NCBI GenBank assembly: GCA_963667315.1
Contig: OY763325.1
Location: 1,755,271-1,819,270 of the forward strand
Direction of reading: 5' to 3'
Length of the DNA stretch: 64,000 nucleotides
DNA from: an uncultured Thermotogae bacterium
GTDB lineage: Bacteria > Thermotogota > Thermotogae > MWEM01
Below, piece after piece: positions 29,303-40,427 of the stretch. Made by a program: the position numbers and the translations under genes. Under the pieces are notes generated by a model that did not search any database, had not been told where the DNA came from, and was given only the letters and a program-made list of their open reading frames with translations. Each line of letters opens with the position of its first letter. Position 1 is the first letter of the stretch.

Positions 29303-31117
29303 TCAACGTAAAATAAACTGTCTGGTAATCAGAAGATCATCATCGAGATAAAAATTAACCTTCCAGATCCCCGCATCCGCTCTGTCGATATTTGAAATGG
29401 TCAACCAGGACCACATCCCATAGTTTGAAAGGGAAAGATAACCGTATTCAGCTGCGGATTTCATGGTCAGATCCACGTTATCGTAAAGGCTGCCATCCGG
29501 TTTTATCCATTCCCAACGTGCTTCATGTGCGTCGATATACTTGTCAATCTGAAGCCACATATAGATCTTCTCATCTTCAAACGTAAATCGTACTTTTACA
29601 TCCACCGGTTTCTTTTCAACCAGCTGTGAAGAAAGTTTATAGTCATTGATAAACAGACTTTCCAGCTCCGCCGGCTGAAGCGATTTCACGGTAAACGTCG
29701 TACTCTCAGCTATTTTTTCATAGGAATTGTTCCTGAACATTCTGAACTGATAATCTCCCGGTTCATCCGGTGCATTGAACTCGGCGGTTCCATCCGTCTG
29801 TCCCTGAAGGTACAGCCAGCTGATGTACTGTGTATCTTCCGTTCCCACCTTGTATAAACCGATCCAGTCATTCGCTCCCTCTGCCGGTGCATTGGAAAAT
29901 TCCAAAGCAATCTTTGAACCGATATCGTATGCCGTCTTTTCCACGAGAACTGCAGCGGGAATTTCATCTTTTACGGTAAATGAAATATAGGCTTGCTCAA
30001 CGCCATTCGAGTCGGAATCATTCAATCTGAAATCATAGTTCCCCTCAGTTGACGGCGCCTTAAAAATCAGGGTTCCCGTTTCTTCTCTCAAATACTGATA
30101 CGTCAGATCATGGCTGTCATTTTCACTTTCACTCCCATGCGCTATATCCGATGGAATAATACCGATCCATGGATATTTCACGATGATACTCTCCGGTATT
30201 TCATAGTCAACTTCTATGACTTCTCCCGGAAGATACTGTATTTTATCAGCCGGTTTAAAGTTCAGCGCGTAAACCTGTTCAGGGACCGTATTCGTTTCAA
30301 CAGTAAACACCTGACTGATTGCCACCTCCGTATCCATGCTATCCGGCGAAAACAATTTCAGTAAATAGTCGCCAGGCTGATCCGGAGCAACAAAATAAAA
30401 TTCACCGTTTTTCTGTCCATTCAGATATTCCCAGGTGATATAATCCATATTACCGTCACCGACCTTGTACAAACCGACCCATTCACTGTTTGACTCTCCC
30501 GGTGCATTCCTGAATGTCACTTTCATGTCTTCTGAAGGTAGGTATACCGTTTTATCAACCGAAAGCGTCGTCTTTGTCACAATGATGGATTCCGGTTTTA
30601 CGATCTGGACTTTTTCACCGGTTGTGCGTTCCATCGACTTGTTGACCGCTTCTACCATATTCTTATAATCTCTGGCTTTCGGCCCCTTTATCATTGCAAC
30701 AGTTAAAAATTCTTTTCCGGAATCTTCGCCGGGAAAGTGTGAGATCATAAATTCCATAGAATTTCCATTCTCATCGGTTGTACCGCTGTAAAAAGCTCTT
30801 TTCATTCCATTGACCACATCTTCTCCACTCACTCTGATCACCGTATTATCATCTTCATGCATATCATTAATCATATTCTGAACATATTGATTCTCGGTTA
30901 AGAGAACAAATATCAAACCATCTTTTAACACCATACCTTCTCCGACTTTTCCCTGATAATAAGCTGCCCCCGGAACCGTCATCTCTTCCGCTTTAAGCCA
31001 GGTTGCCGGTTGTTGCCAGGTAATGGTATCGTATTGTTTTTCAACCTGTTCCACCTGTGTAAAAACAGTCGATAGAAACAAAACCATCAACCAAGTAAAA
31101 AATACCGCCTTTTTCAT
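29303..31117 (-). CDS. Secreted protein with three tandem Ig-like (SKICH-like) repeats
   Basis: Signal peptide; three ~100-aa units K..Y....I...F..W(I/V)G(L/I)...Y..W.YL...G...F.AP...G.Y..R. Confidence 0.75.
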   Translation of the reverse strand: MKKAVFFTWLMVLFLSTVFTQVEQVEKQYDTITWQQPATWLKAEEMTVPGAAYYQGKVGEGMVLKDGLIFVLLTENQYVQNMINDMHEDDNTVIRVSGEDVVNGMKRAFYSGTTDENGNSMEFMISHFPGEDSGKEFLTVAMIKGPKARDYKNMVEAVNKSMERTTGEKVQIVKPESIIVTKTTLSVDKTVYLPSEDMKVTFRNAPGESNSEWVGLYKVGDGNMDYITWEYLNGQKNGEFYFVAPDQPGDYLLKLFSPDSMDTEVAISQVFTVETNTVPEQVYALNFKPADKIQYLPGEVIEVDYEIPESIIVKYPWIGIIPSDIAHGSESENDSHDLTYQYLREETGTLIFKAPSTEGNYDFRLNDSDSNGVEQAYISFTVKDEIPAAVLVEKTAYDIGSKIALEFSNAPAEGANDWIGLYKVGTEDTQYISWLYLQGQTDGTAEFNAPDEPGDYQFRMFRNNSYEKIAESTTFTVKSLQPAELESLFINDYKLSSQLVEKKPVDVKVRFTFEDEKIYMWLQIDKYIDAHEARWEWIKPDGSLYDNVDLTMKSAAEYGYLSLSNYGMWSWLTISNIDRADAGIWKVNFYLDDDLLITRQFILR

Positions 31118-31220
31118 AAAAAAATCCCTCCCGATTAAATTTAAAAATAGCTTCCAGAGTTACATTTTATAATACACCTTATTATGACGAAAAGTCGTAT
31201 GAACATTTCTGCTTCCAAAG

Positions 31221-31246
31221 AAAAGATCCCTTTTTCAAAAGGGATC
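31221..31246 (-). terminator. Intrinsic terminator
   Basis: GATCCCTTTT-TC-AAAAGGGATC with an A-run on the left. Confidence 0.7.
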
Positions 31247-31297
31247 AAGGGAGGATTTATTATATTGTTGTCAGTTTAAATGCGGTGTGCTGTTCTT

Positions 31298-31864
31298 TTA
31301 TTCATCCATAGGGGGAAAAGTGATCATGATTCTCAATGTACTGTCATTCACGCCCGCTTCAACCTTCCCATCCGACGATTCAGGATCGTATGCCAGGTTG
31401 AAATTCAGATCCAGTTTTCCGGCCCTGAAGGAAAGATCATCGGAAGTAATCCGTACACCCTTTGATCCGTTACTTAACTTCAGATGCTCTTCAACGTATG
31501 CCTCATAAGTTCCGGCTTTATTGAGCAGTTCTTCCTTAATGTCCTTTTCGTCAAGGTTGAGACAGGCACTGATTCCCTTGTCTATCGCGTTCTCATTTTC
31601 CCAGCAATAATCTATCGCAAATCTTGCGTTCGTTGTCAGACTGATACCGAAATCCTCTTCGTACACTTCATCGGAAATTAGATTGGGCCGGAAGTCGATC
31701 TTCATACCATCCTGATCGCTTTGAATGGCCTCATTTAAGATGTTGACCTCTTTAAAAGCCGCTATCTTCAATGTGATGGATACCGTCGCTTCATCTTTTG
31801 AAGCCAAACCAAAAGCTGCCACAAACATCATTATGACCACTGTTATCACGATTGTCTTCTTCAT
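31298..31864 (-). CDS. Secreted hypothetical beta-rich protein
   Basis: AGGAG SD before GTG/ATG (ATG 31864); MKKTIV..AAFGLA signal peptide. Confidence 0.7.
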   Translation of the reverse strand: MKKTIVITVVIMMFVAAFGLASKDEATVSITLKIAAFKEVNILNEAIQSDQDGMKIDFRPNLISDEVYEEDFGISLTTNARFAIDYCWENENAIDKGISACLNLDEKDIKEELLNKAGTYEAYVEEHLKLSNGSKGVRITSDDLSFRAGKLDLNFNLAYDPESSDGKVEAGVNDSTLRIMITFPPMDE

Positions 31865-32270
31865 CTTCACCCGCTCCTTTTTCCTTATCCACTCAAATTC
31901 TAAATTTATTCTCATTTTCTGATTTTTCTGTTCACTATTCCTTAACTGTTTTGAGTATATACCAAATTTAGAATAAAATCAAATAATTTACCAAATGTAT
32001 ACAATCATTATCTATACTTTATTAAAAAAGAGAAATCTGATTCAGATAAAAAGGGGTAAAATATAATAATACAAACATAAAAGCTGATAATAGAACAAAT
32101 ATACCTAATAACAGATTAACATATACAACGATTATCGATATTTAGATTAATTTTAAGGTAAAATTACTAAAACATTCCTCAAAATGTTAATGGATTTATA
32201 TAGATATTTTTTTATACACCTTTTTGAAGGGGATGTCAAGGAAAGAAAGCAGTATTTGAAATTTGCAGCA

Positions 32271-32300
32271 AAAAGGGGTAGGCACAAGACCTACCCCTAC
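32271..32300 (-). repeat. GTAG-type REP-like palindrome, probably also the groESL terminator
   Basis: Minus strand GTAG-GGGTAGG-TCTTGTG-CCTACCCC-TTTTT. Confidence 0.65.
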
Positions 32301-32342
32301 ATTACTATATCAAGTGTTTCTGTTGGTTATTTGGAAAAGCGC

Positions 32343-32434
32343 GGAGTTTTGTATTTCAAACTCCTGAAGACTTCTTTCGAAAGTCGTGAAGTTTAAACAT
32401 TGTTTAAACTTCGAGCGATTTGATTCTCAAATCG
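32343..32434 (-). other. Four stacked hairpins in the groEL 3' UTR
   Basis: Stems 32416-32434, 32388-32412, 32369-32385, 32343-32364 separated by 2-4 nt. Confidence 0.7.
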
Positions 32435-32435
32435 A

Positions 32436-34112
<1,677 letters not shown>

Positions 34113-34135
34113 TTAATCCTTTGTATAATCGTCTC

Positions 34136-34402
34136 TTAACCTTCGATGAGGCCGAGAATGTCGCCTGAGTCTATGAGTATGAAATCTTCGCCGTCTACCT
34201 TAATTTCTGTCCCTGCGTACTTTGAAAAAATAACTCTGTCGCCAACGTTGAGTTCTACATCGTCGAGTGTTCCAACAGCGATAACTTCTGCTGTCTGTGG
34301 TTTTTCTTTGCTTGTATCAGGAAGAACGAGTCCTCCTTCAGTTCTTTTTTCTTCTGTTATAGTCTTAATTAAAACTCTGTCACCAAGTGGTTTAATTCTC
34401 AT
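34136..34402 (-). CDS. groS: Co-chaperonin GroES
   Basis: IKPLGDRV, GGLVLPD, FSKYAGTE. Confidence 0.98.
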   Translation of the reverse strand: MRIKPLGDRVLIKTITEEKRTEGGLVLPDTSKEKPQTAEVIAVGTLDDVELNVGDRVIFSKYAGTEIKVDGEDFILIDSGDILGLIEG

Positions 34403-34421
34403 CGATTATCCCTCCTTAAAT

Positions 34422-34448
34422 TTAGCACTCTAATGTATCGATTGCTAA
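34422..34448. promoter_or_regulatory. CIRCE element (HrcA operator)
   Basis: TTAGCACTC-N9-GATTGCTAA, one mismatch to the consensus, just upstream of the groES SD. Confidence 0.92.
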
Positions 34449-34582
34449 TTGTATGATACTAGAAATATTTACCTATTTCAAACCTAATCTCATCCTTATA
34501 TAGTTATTTATACGTATATATTATTGATTAAGTTATTATTATTCTTTATTACTCCTTTTTACTGCTTTTTTTTGCCTTTTAC

Positions 34583-35185
34583 TCACTTTTCTATGCTATC
34601 AATATCTATTGTACATCCTTTATTATCTGATATGATTTTCACGAGATGTTCTTTATTTCCCATAATGATACTTTTTGCTCCAACATCCCCTTTTAAGGCC
34701 AACATAACCTCAAAATAAGCAGCACCGAAAAGAACCGGGAATCCCGGAATATTTTCATAACAGGGTCTTACAATCAACTTATATCCTTCTCCACAGCTTT
34801 TCTTACAGTGGATGTAAGTTTCAATGACCGCCTCAACATCTTCGACGGTAATAAAAGGCATATCCGCAAGCATCAGCACAACGGCTTCCGAATTCAGCTC
34901 AATCGCTTTTTTTATGCCTGTTACGATCGAACTCGCCATTCCTGTTTTATACAACGGATTCAAGAAAACCTGCCAATTAGCAGCCTTTTCTCTGACAAAA
35001 CTTTCCTGCAAGTCATTCGTAACTAATATTTTATTTAACTCTATTGAGTCGAAGCGTTTCATGTTATTAACTATATACAACACTTTTTCAAGCATTGTTT
35101 CTTTTCCTTCCGGTCTATAGCGTATTTTTTCCCCATTCATTCTTTTCGCTTCTCCAGCCGCAAGGAGAATGACAGATAAATTCAT
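34583..35185 (-). CDS. mocA: Molybdenum cofactor cytidylyltransferase MocA-like nucleotidyltransferase
   Basis: LLAAG..KRM, NP.YKTGMASSI, LADMP, PVLF, GDVGA, DID; AGGAGG SD gives start 35185. Confidence 0.8.
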   Translation of the reverse strand: MNLSVILLAAGEAKRMNGEKIRYRPEGKETMLEKVLYIVNNMKRFDSIELNKILVTNDLQESFVREKAANWQVFLNPLYKTGMASSIVTGIKKAIELNSEAVVLMLADMPFITVEDVEAVIETYIHCKKSCGEGYKLIVRPCYENIPGFPVLFGAAYFEVMLALKGDVGAKSIIMGNKEHLVKIISDNKGCTIDIDSIEK

Positions 35186-35589
35186 TTTCCGCCTCCTTTT
35201 AAAATTAACCATAAAAACAACCGGCATCAAAACAGTCTCACCATCGACTATTAGACCATATTCTGCTTTTTTATCATCTCTTTATTGTTTTCATTAACTA
35301 TTTCTCTTTTTATATCAAAAGAATCACCATACAAAAACATAAATTTTAAAATCTACCGACAAATTTTTGTTTCTTTTTCAACGCATCATCTTTTATGCGG
35401 TTCTTGTGCTCTTTTAATAAATGGCGTTAACGGTCATTCTAAAATTATTCTCAATTCCATACACCGCAACTACTTCATACAATAATTTGTATACCTTTAC
35501 AGTTTCTTCACCTCTTTGTTGTTATACTCGCTTCTTCATAAACGTCTATGTTTGGGAAGACAAATTATTTTGAATTGAGGAGTGATTGA

Positions 35590-36027
35590 ATGCCAATGAT
35601 TAAATTTGGAGTACACGCAGAAAGCAAGCACCACGCACAGGTGGAAGTAACAGCCAGGAATTTTAAGATGATCGTGGACGAACCACCAAATCTCGGCGGA
35701 ACAGATGAAGGGGCTAATCCAGTAGAGTACGTTCTTGCAGCTCTTGCAGGATGTCTTAATGTAGTCGGTCATATGGTGGCAAAAGAGATGAATTTTGAGA
35801 TAAAGGCATTATCTTTTGATATCGAGGGTGAACTCGATCCGGCAGGATTCATGGGTAAAGCGAAAGATGTAAGACCCGGCTATCAGAGTATTACCGTAAA
35901 GGCTAATGTCGATACGGAAGCCGATGACGCCACGCTTGAGAAATGGCTTGAAATAATCGAAAGCAGATGTCCGGTCAGCGATAATCTCCAGAATCCGACA
36001 CCTGTCAAGCTTGAAATCGTAAAATAA
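35590..36027 (+). CDS. OsmC/Ohr-like (YhfA-type) redox protein
   Basis: DEP..LGG.D.G.NP.E..LAALAGC ... RCPV. Confidence 0.9.
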   Translation: MPMIKFGVHAESKHHAQVEVTARNFKMIVDEPPNLGGTDEGANPVEYVLAALAGCLNVVGHMVAKEMNFEIKALSFDIEGELDPAGFMGKAKDVRPGYQSITVKANVDTEADDATLEKWLEIIESRCPVSDNLQNPTPVKLEIVK

Positions 36028-36073
36028 AAAAAGTAAAAAACTTTTAAAACACCTTAAATAGCGCAACAGACGT

Positions 36074-36100
36074 AAAAGCTCCCTTTAAATGGGAGCTTTT
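36074..36100 (+). terminator. Intrinsic terminator
   Basis: AAAAGCTCCC-N7-GGGAGCTTTT. Confidence 0.8.
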
Positions 36101-36143
36101 ATGTTATTATTGGGGGAATTAGATTTTGGAGGTTGAGTAAAGC

Positions 36144-37031
36144 GTGCTACCCGAAACCGGAAATTATGTAGAATTGTATAAAACAGGTGAGTTACAGAGG
36201 ATCTTGGACAGTGTGGTTTCAAATCTCGAAAACTGCCGATTATGCCCCAGGATGTGCGGCGTTAACAGAAAAGAGGAAAAAGGAGCTTGTCTGCAATCCG
36301 ACAAACCAATGTTTACAAACGCCGTCGTTCACACCGGTGAAGAACCCCCTCTGATCACGGGAACAGGTGCCGGGACCGTTTTTTTCACCGGCTGCCCCAT
36401 GAAATGCGTTTATTGCCAGAACTTCGCCTTCTCGCAACTGAACAACGGGACAGAATATTCAGCGGAACAGCTCGCCGATACTTTTCTCGAACTCCAGAAT
36501 AAAGGCGTATGCAATATAGACCTTGTCACACCTACACCACATATCGTCAGCATCGTTCAGGCGTTAATAACAGCAGTCCCAAAAGGTCTCACGATCCCAA
36601 TCGTATACAACACCAGCAGTTATGACAATGTTGATATCCTAAAAAATATAGAGGGGATTATAGATGTTTATCTGGCTGATATCCGATATACGGACGACAC
36701 TCTCGGTTTAAAATACTCGGGAGTACCCGGATATTGGACACATGCCAAAAGGGCCATCAGGGAAATGTTCAGACAGGTTGGTTCCAGAAGACTGATCATC
36801 AGACACCTTGTTCTCCCAAACGGCATCTCCGGTACGAGAGAGGCCATGGCATTTGTCGCAGAGGAATTATCAACCAGGGTGAACATCTCACTTATGTCAC
36901 AGTATTTCCCCGTTTTCAAAGCACTCGATACAGCAGAGCTTTCAAGAAAGATCACAGCGGAAGAATACGATGAAGCGGTTGCTATAATGGCGGAATACGG
37001 CCTTTACAACGGCTGGGTACAGGATTTTTAA
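36144..37031 (+). CDS. Radical SAM protein, PflX-like
   Basis: CRLCPRMCGVNR, GEEP, FFTGCPMKCVYCQN (CxxxCxxC), RHLVLP, MSQYFP. Confidence 0.9.
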   Translation: MLPETGNYVELYKTGELQRILDSVVSNLENCRLCPRMCGVNRKEEKGACLQSDKPMFTNAVVHTGEEPPLITGTGAGTVFFTGCPMKCVYCQNFAFSQLNNGTEYSAEQLADTFLELQNKGVCNIDLVTPTPHIVSIVQALITAVPKGLTIPIVYNTSSYDNVDILKNIEGIIDVYLADIRYTDDTLGLKYSGVPGYWTHAKRAIREMFRQVGSRRLIIRHLVLPNGISGTREAMAFVAEELSTRVNISLMSQYFPVFKALDTAELSRKITAEEYDEAVAIMAEYGLYNGWVQDF

Positions 37032-37077
37032 CTATGGTATAATGATTCGATTTTATTCTTTTTTCAGGAGATAAATA

Positions 37078-37713
37078 ATGGCAAGATTTTTGATCGTAGA
37101 TGATGAATCAGCAATAAGAAATATGATAAAAAAATACATTGAGGAAATGGCGTTTGAAGCCGACAGCTGCTCAAACGGAGAAGAAGCCTTGAAAGCGCTA
37201 TTCGACACAAGATACGACGGCGTCTTCACGGACCTCAGGATGCCCGGCATGGATGGGTTCGCATTGCTTGAAGCGATGAAGGAGGAAGGGTTTACGACAC
37301 CCGTTTCTGTCGTTTCTGCTTACTCGGAACCTGAAAATATTATCCGGTGTTTCAAACTCGGTGCTATCGATTTCGTCACAAAACCATTTTCACCGGATGA
37401 GATCAAGGATGTTATCAAAGAGATGTTGAAACACAAACTGGATATGAAAGAAACGGCACAGTATATCAGAGGACTGATCAAGCAAGGGGCCATCAAAAGT
37501 GCTGAAGACTATCTCAAAGAGCTTTTTTATTCATTCCCTTCATCCCCGATCCCCCATTATCTGATGGGTTTAAAATTTCTTGCTGAAAATGATACCCGAA
37601 TGGCAAAACATCATCTAAGAGCCTCCAACGCATTAGATGATGGCTATGAGCCGGCAAAATCCAAACTTTTAAGTATTGACGAGGAAGATAAAAATGGCGA
37701 AGAAGAACGTTAG
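37078..37713 (+). CDS. Response regulator (REC plus TPR-like C-terminus)
   Basis: IVDDE, TDLRMPGMDG, KPF; helical C-terminus; TGGTATAAT promoter at 37035-37043. Confidence 0.85.
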   Translation: MARFLIVDDESAIRNMIKKYIEEMAFEADSCSNGEEALKALFDTRYDGVFTDLRMPGMDGFALLEAMKEEGFTTPVSVVSAYSEPENIIRCFKLGAIDFVTKPFSPDEIKDVIKEMLKHKLDMKETAQYIRGLIKQGAIKSAEDYLKELFYSFPSSPIPHYLMGLKFLAENDTRMAKHHLRASNALDDGYEPAKSKLLSIDEEDKNGEEER

Positions 37714-38131
37714 TTGGTATGTCATCATCATCGGTTGCGGCCGTCTTGGCTCAAAGATAGCCAGCAATCTCTCCAATCAGGGACACAGTGTCGTGATACT
37801 GGATAGAGATGAGAAAAGTTTTGATCATCTGACACAGGAATTCACGGGATTCACAATTGTCGGAAATGCCACTGAGCTTGAATCTTTAAAAAAAGCAAAG
37901 ATATCAAAGGCAACGATGGTTTTAGCCTTTACAAATAAAGACAACATCAATTACATGGTTTCACAGGTTGCAAAAGAGGTATTCAACGTCCCGCACGTCA
38001 TCGCTCGAATCTACGATCCCGACAACGTCCAGCTTTTCAATCAGATAGACGTCAAGACGATTATTCCGATGAACCTCGCTGAAGTTGCTTTAAATAAGAC
38101 CTTTGATGAAATCACGGGTGATTTGTTATGA
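37694..38131 (+). CDS. trkA: TrkA N-terminal RCK-domain protein
   Basis: IIGCGRLG, ILDRD, GNAT, single RCK_N. Confidence 0.85.
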   Translation: MAKKNVSWYVIIIGCGRLGSKIASNLSNQGHSVVILDRDEKSFDHLTQEFTGFTIVGNATELESLKKAKISKATMVLAFTNKDNINYMVSQVAKEVFNVPHVIARIYDPDNVQLFNQIDVKTIIPMNLAEVALNKTFDEITGDLL

Positions 38132-38787
38132 AAATAATCCTCGCCGGCGGAAGAAGGGTCACTTATTACCTGGCAAAATCCCTGATTGCTAAGGGAACCA
38201 ACGTCGTTATTATCAATAAGGACAAAGACTACTGCATGGAGATGGCGAGGCAGATCAAGGCACTGATCATTCATGGAGACGCCAGTAAGATAGAAACACT
38301 GCAAAAGGCAGAGATATTTGACAACGACATCGTTCTCGCCCTCACACCGCTTGACGAAGATAACTTGATCATCGCACAGCTCTGCAAAAGGGTTTTAGAT
38401 ATCAATAAAGTTTACACACTGGTCAATGATCCGGAGAATGCCGAATTGTTCAAAAAGCTCGGTATCGACAGCGTTATCAGTATGACGGAGATCCTTTCAA
38501 CACTGATTGAGCAGCGTGTATCTTCAAGACTCACCAATATCATGTCATTTGAAGAAGGAAAAGGGCTCGTTCTGCAGCTCACACTCGAAGAGGGTTTCCC
38601 CGCCAACGGCAAGATGCTTAAAAATCTCGGACTGCCAAAGGGAGCCATCGTGGGAGCCATCACCAGAAACGAGGAACTCATCGTCCCTCATGGCGAAACA
38701 TTACTGAAAGAGGGGGACAGGCTGGCAGTCATGTGCAAACCATCTGTACAGACTCAGACTGTCAAGATTATTTCCGGAAAGGATTGA
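38128..38787 (+). CDS. trkA: TrkA/KtrA family RCK_N + RCK_C protein
   Basis: HGDAS, DEDNL, IVPHGET.L..GD; ATGA overlap with upstream gene. Confidence 0.88.
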   Translation: MKIILAGGRRVTYYLAKSLIAKGTNVVIINKDKDYCMEMARQIKALIIHGDASKIETLQKAEIFDNDIVLALTPLDEDNLIIAQLCKRVLDINKVYTLVNDPENAELFKKLGIDSVISMTEILSTLIEQRVSSRLTNIMSFEEGKGLVLQLTLEEGFPANGKMLKNLGLPKGAIVGAITRNEELIVPHGETLLKEGDRLAVMCKPSVQTQTVKIISGKD

Positions 38788-38788
38788 T

Positions 38789-40273
38789 ATGGCTTACAAA
38801 AAAATACTCAGGACACAATACAGTACGATATTCACGAATCTCGGTTGGATGTTGATGTCTTTTTCGGCAATTCTGCTCCTCCCGCTTATCTTTTTGTTTT
38901 TTTATCCCGAGGAGACACCCAATGCAATCTATTTTGTTGAAAGTGCCGCTATTTCCTTTATTGTAGGATATATCCTCTGGTTCTCCTTCAATAAAAAGTC
39001 TCAAAGCAGCAAACTGACTATTCACGAAGGCGCGATCATCGTTTTTCTCGTATGGGTGGCTGCTGTCGTTCTGTCCGCATTACCGTTCGTGTTTGGCAAC
39101 ATACTCAATATGACGCATGCCGTATTTGAAAGCACAAGCGGCTGGACAACAACCGGGCTGACACTGGTCCACGAGGAAAAGATCCCAAAACTGTTCCTCG
39201 TCTGGCGTTCTCTGATGCAGTATTTCGGCGGAGCCGGTTTCGCCATCATCATGCTTTCTTCAATAGGTGGGGGGGTAAGTTCCGGTATTTACGCCGCAGA
39301 AGGACGAATGGACAATCTTCAGCCACATATCAAAAAATCCACAAAGACGATACTCAGCATTTATTTTACCTACGCACTGATCGGTTTTTCCGCCTATGTC
39401 TTCGCCGGGATGACACCGTTTGATGCCTTTAATCATGCATTGACAGGGCTTGCAACCGGTGGTTTTTCAACGAGACATGCCAGTATCGGATTTTATAACA
39501 GCATTCCGATCGAGATCATAACGATCGTCCTCATGACTTTGGGAACAACGGGATTCGGAGTTCATTATCTCCTTTGGTCGGGAGATTTTAAGCAATTGAA
39601 GAAGAACGTTGAACCCTGGACCTATTTTGTCATACTGGTGATCTTCATCCCGCTTCTCGTAAGTGCTGTGTTTGGCGGCGTGTATACGACGATGCCCCAA
39701 TCCATCAGGCAATCCACATTCCAGGCTGTTTCTGCCCTGACCGGAACGGGTTTTGCGACAACAGATATGACCGTCTGGAATCATTATGCACTGCTGCTCA
39801 TGACGTTGCTCATGATCTTCGGAGGTATGATGGATTCTACTTCAGGTGGTTTGAAACTCTTCAGAATATTCGTGATTTTTAAGGCGATCTGGATAGAGAT
39901 AGAAAATTTCTTCCTTCCGAAAGGAGCCGTTCGTGATCATCGTGCTTGGAAAGGGAATGTGGAATACAAGATCGACAGCAATCTGCTGAAAAGCATCCTG
40001 ATATTCACCGTATTGTATGTGCTGAACTACACGGTAGGTGTTGCCGTACTTGTCGCTCACGGTCATGACTTCATGACCGCAGCCTTTGAATACGCCTCTG
40101 CATTGTCAACCGTAGGATTATCTCTCGGGATCACATCAACAGCGGCACCTGATGCCATCATCTGGACTGAGACGATTGGCATGTTTCTTGGAAGGCTCGA
40201 ATTTATAATTATTTTATATGCTATCGCAAAAATATTCAGAGATTTAAAACAGTATTTACAATCCGGGGAGTGA
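38789..40273 (+). CDS. trkH: TrkH potassium uptake membrane subunit
   Basis: FESTSGWTTTG, LATGGFS, LTGTGF, STSGGLK, LSTVG, MFLGRLE. Confidence 0.95.
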   Translation: MAYKKILRTQYSTIFTNLGWMLMSFSAILLLPLIFLFFYPEETPNAIYFVESAAISFIVGYILWFSFNKKSQSSKLTIHEGAIIVFLVWVAAVVLSALPFVFGNILNMTHAVFESTSGWTTTGLTLVHEEKIPKLFLVWRSLMQYFGGAGFAIIMLSSIGGGVSSGIYAAEGRMDNLQPHIKKSTKTILSIYFTYALIGFSAYVFAGMTPFDAFNHALTGLATGGFSTRHASIGFYNSIPIEIITIVLMTLGTTGFGVHYLLWSGDFKQLKKNVEPWTYFVILVIFIPLLVSAVFGGVYTTMPQSIRQSTFQAVSALTGTGFATTDMTVWNHYALLLMTLLMIFGGMMDSTSGGLKLFRIFVIFKAIWIEIENFFLPKGAVRDHRAWKGNVEYKIDSNLLKSILIFTVLYVLNYTVGVAVLVAHGHDFMTAAFEYASALSTVGLSLGITSTAAPDAIIWTETIGMFLGRLEFIIILYAIAKIFRDLKQYLQSGE

Positions 40274-40427
40274 TTTCCCGCTAAAAGTGGTATAATCTTA
40301 TTGTTGGGGTTTGCGAAAACCTCTCATGGGATCCGGTTAATTTAAGATTTTGTAAGATATTTTTGAATATGTGTTTTACGTCTATATGTTATACCTTTAT
40401 TCAAAACACTTTTAGTGGAGGTTCATT

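Noticed and set aside
35186-35400. Moco riboswitch before mocA
   Set aside because: No recognisable conserved Moco motif segments
36106-36116. 11-nt complementarity to the 49.06-kb candidate sRNA
   Set aside because: It overlaps the likely -10 of the radical SAM gene, so it is probably not in the mRNA, and it is short enough to be chance
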